Shown: positions 63,879 to 64,000 of the stretch, one piece after another | How the letters are laid out: the number at the start of each line of letters is the position of its first letter | Numbering within the stretch: the stretch's first letter is position 1 | Source of the DNA: Candidatus Woesearchaeota archaeon | Lineage (GTDB): Archaea; Nanobdellota; Nanobdellia; Pacearchaeales; GW2011-AR1 | Assembly (NCBI GenBank): GCA_964514585.1 | Contig: CAZETU010000002.1 | Coordinates: 1 to 64,000, forward strand | Reading direction: 5' to 3' | DNA: 64,000 nt | Position numbers and translations under genes: made by a program | Notes under the pieces: model-generated | What the model saw: the letters and a program-made list of their open reading frames with translations, nothing else | Told to the model about the DNA's origin: nothing | The model's database searches: none

Positions 63879-64000
63879 TTATTCAAAGTCTGTAGCTAAC
63901 TTGAAAATTAAGTCTTCTTGGAAGTGTGGGGTTATGATTTGAACTCCAACATCTTTGTTGTCTATTTTCCCTGCTGGAGTTGAAATTGCTGGGAGGCCTG
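63879..64000 (-). CDS. gatA: Asp/Glu-tRNA amidotransferase subunit A, C-terminal end (partial)
   Basis: Manual translation GLPAISTPAGKIDNKDVGVQIITPHFQEDLIFKLATDFE*, the amidase C-terminal motif. Confidence 0.75.
   Translation of the reverse strand, partial: GLPAISTPAGKIDNKDVGVQIITPHFQEDLIFKLATDFE

Overview
This is a 64 kb stretch of an AT-rich DPANN archaeal chromosome, most consistent with Ca. Pacearchaeota or a related lineage; the placement rests on gene content and was not tested by phylogeny. The + strand is strongly G/T-skewed. Core content: cyaB-acs-korA, tRNA-Ser(GCT), SRP RNA, a large Tad/type IV pilus locus (many class III signal peptide pilins, ATPase, two TadB/C-type proteins, a HerA/DUF87 ATPase), trm5, rubrerythrin-desulfoferrodoxin-ogg, archease and rtcB, a cluster of large Cys-rich surface proteins, oapA/B/C-like genes, cca, presenilin-like protease, taw3, aCPSF1-psmB, aIF2-beta, aIF1A, Dim2/KRR1, tRNA-Asn(GTT), ftsZ and the end of gatA. 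Single orphan genes are inserted between many of these. Most notable: (1) a GC-richer island encoding a Gram-negative-type Slam/T11SS outer-membrane barrel plus a TbpB-like barrel cargo in an archaeon; (2) orphan genes flanked by short duplicated ends of the neighbouring core genes, where two of the three copies differ only by synonymous or in-frame changes, suggesting cassette-like acquisition from sister strains; (3) two ~80-nt putative ncRNAs with matching promoters and tandem cUUCGg hairpins; (4) an SRP RNA that appears to lack helix 6. All domain calls are by-eye motif recognition; no searches were run.
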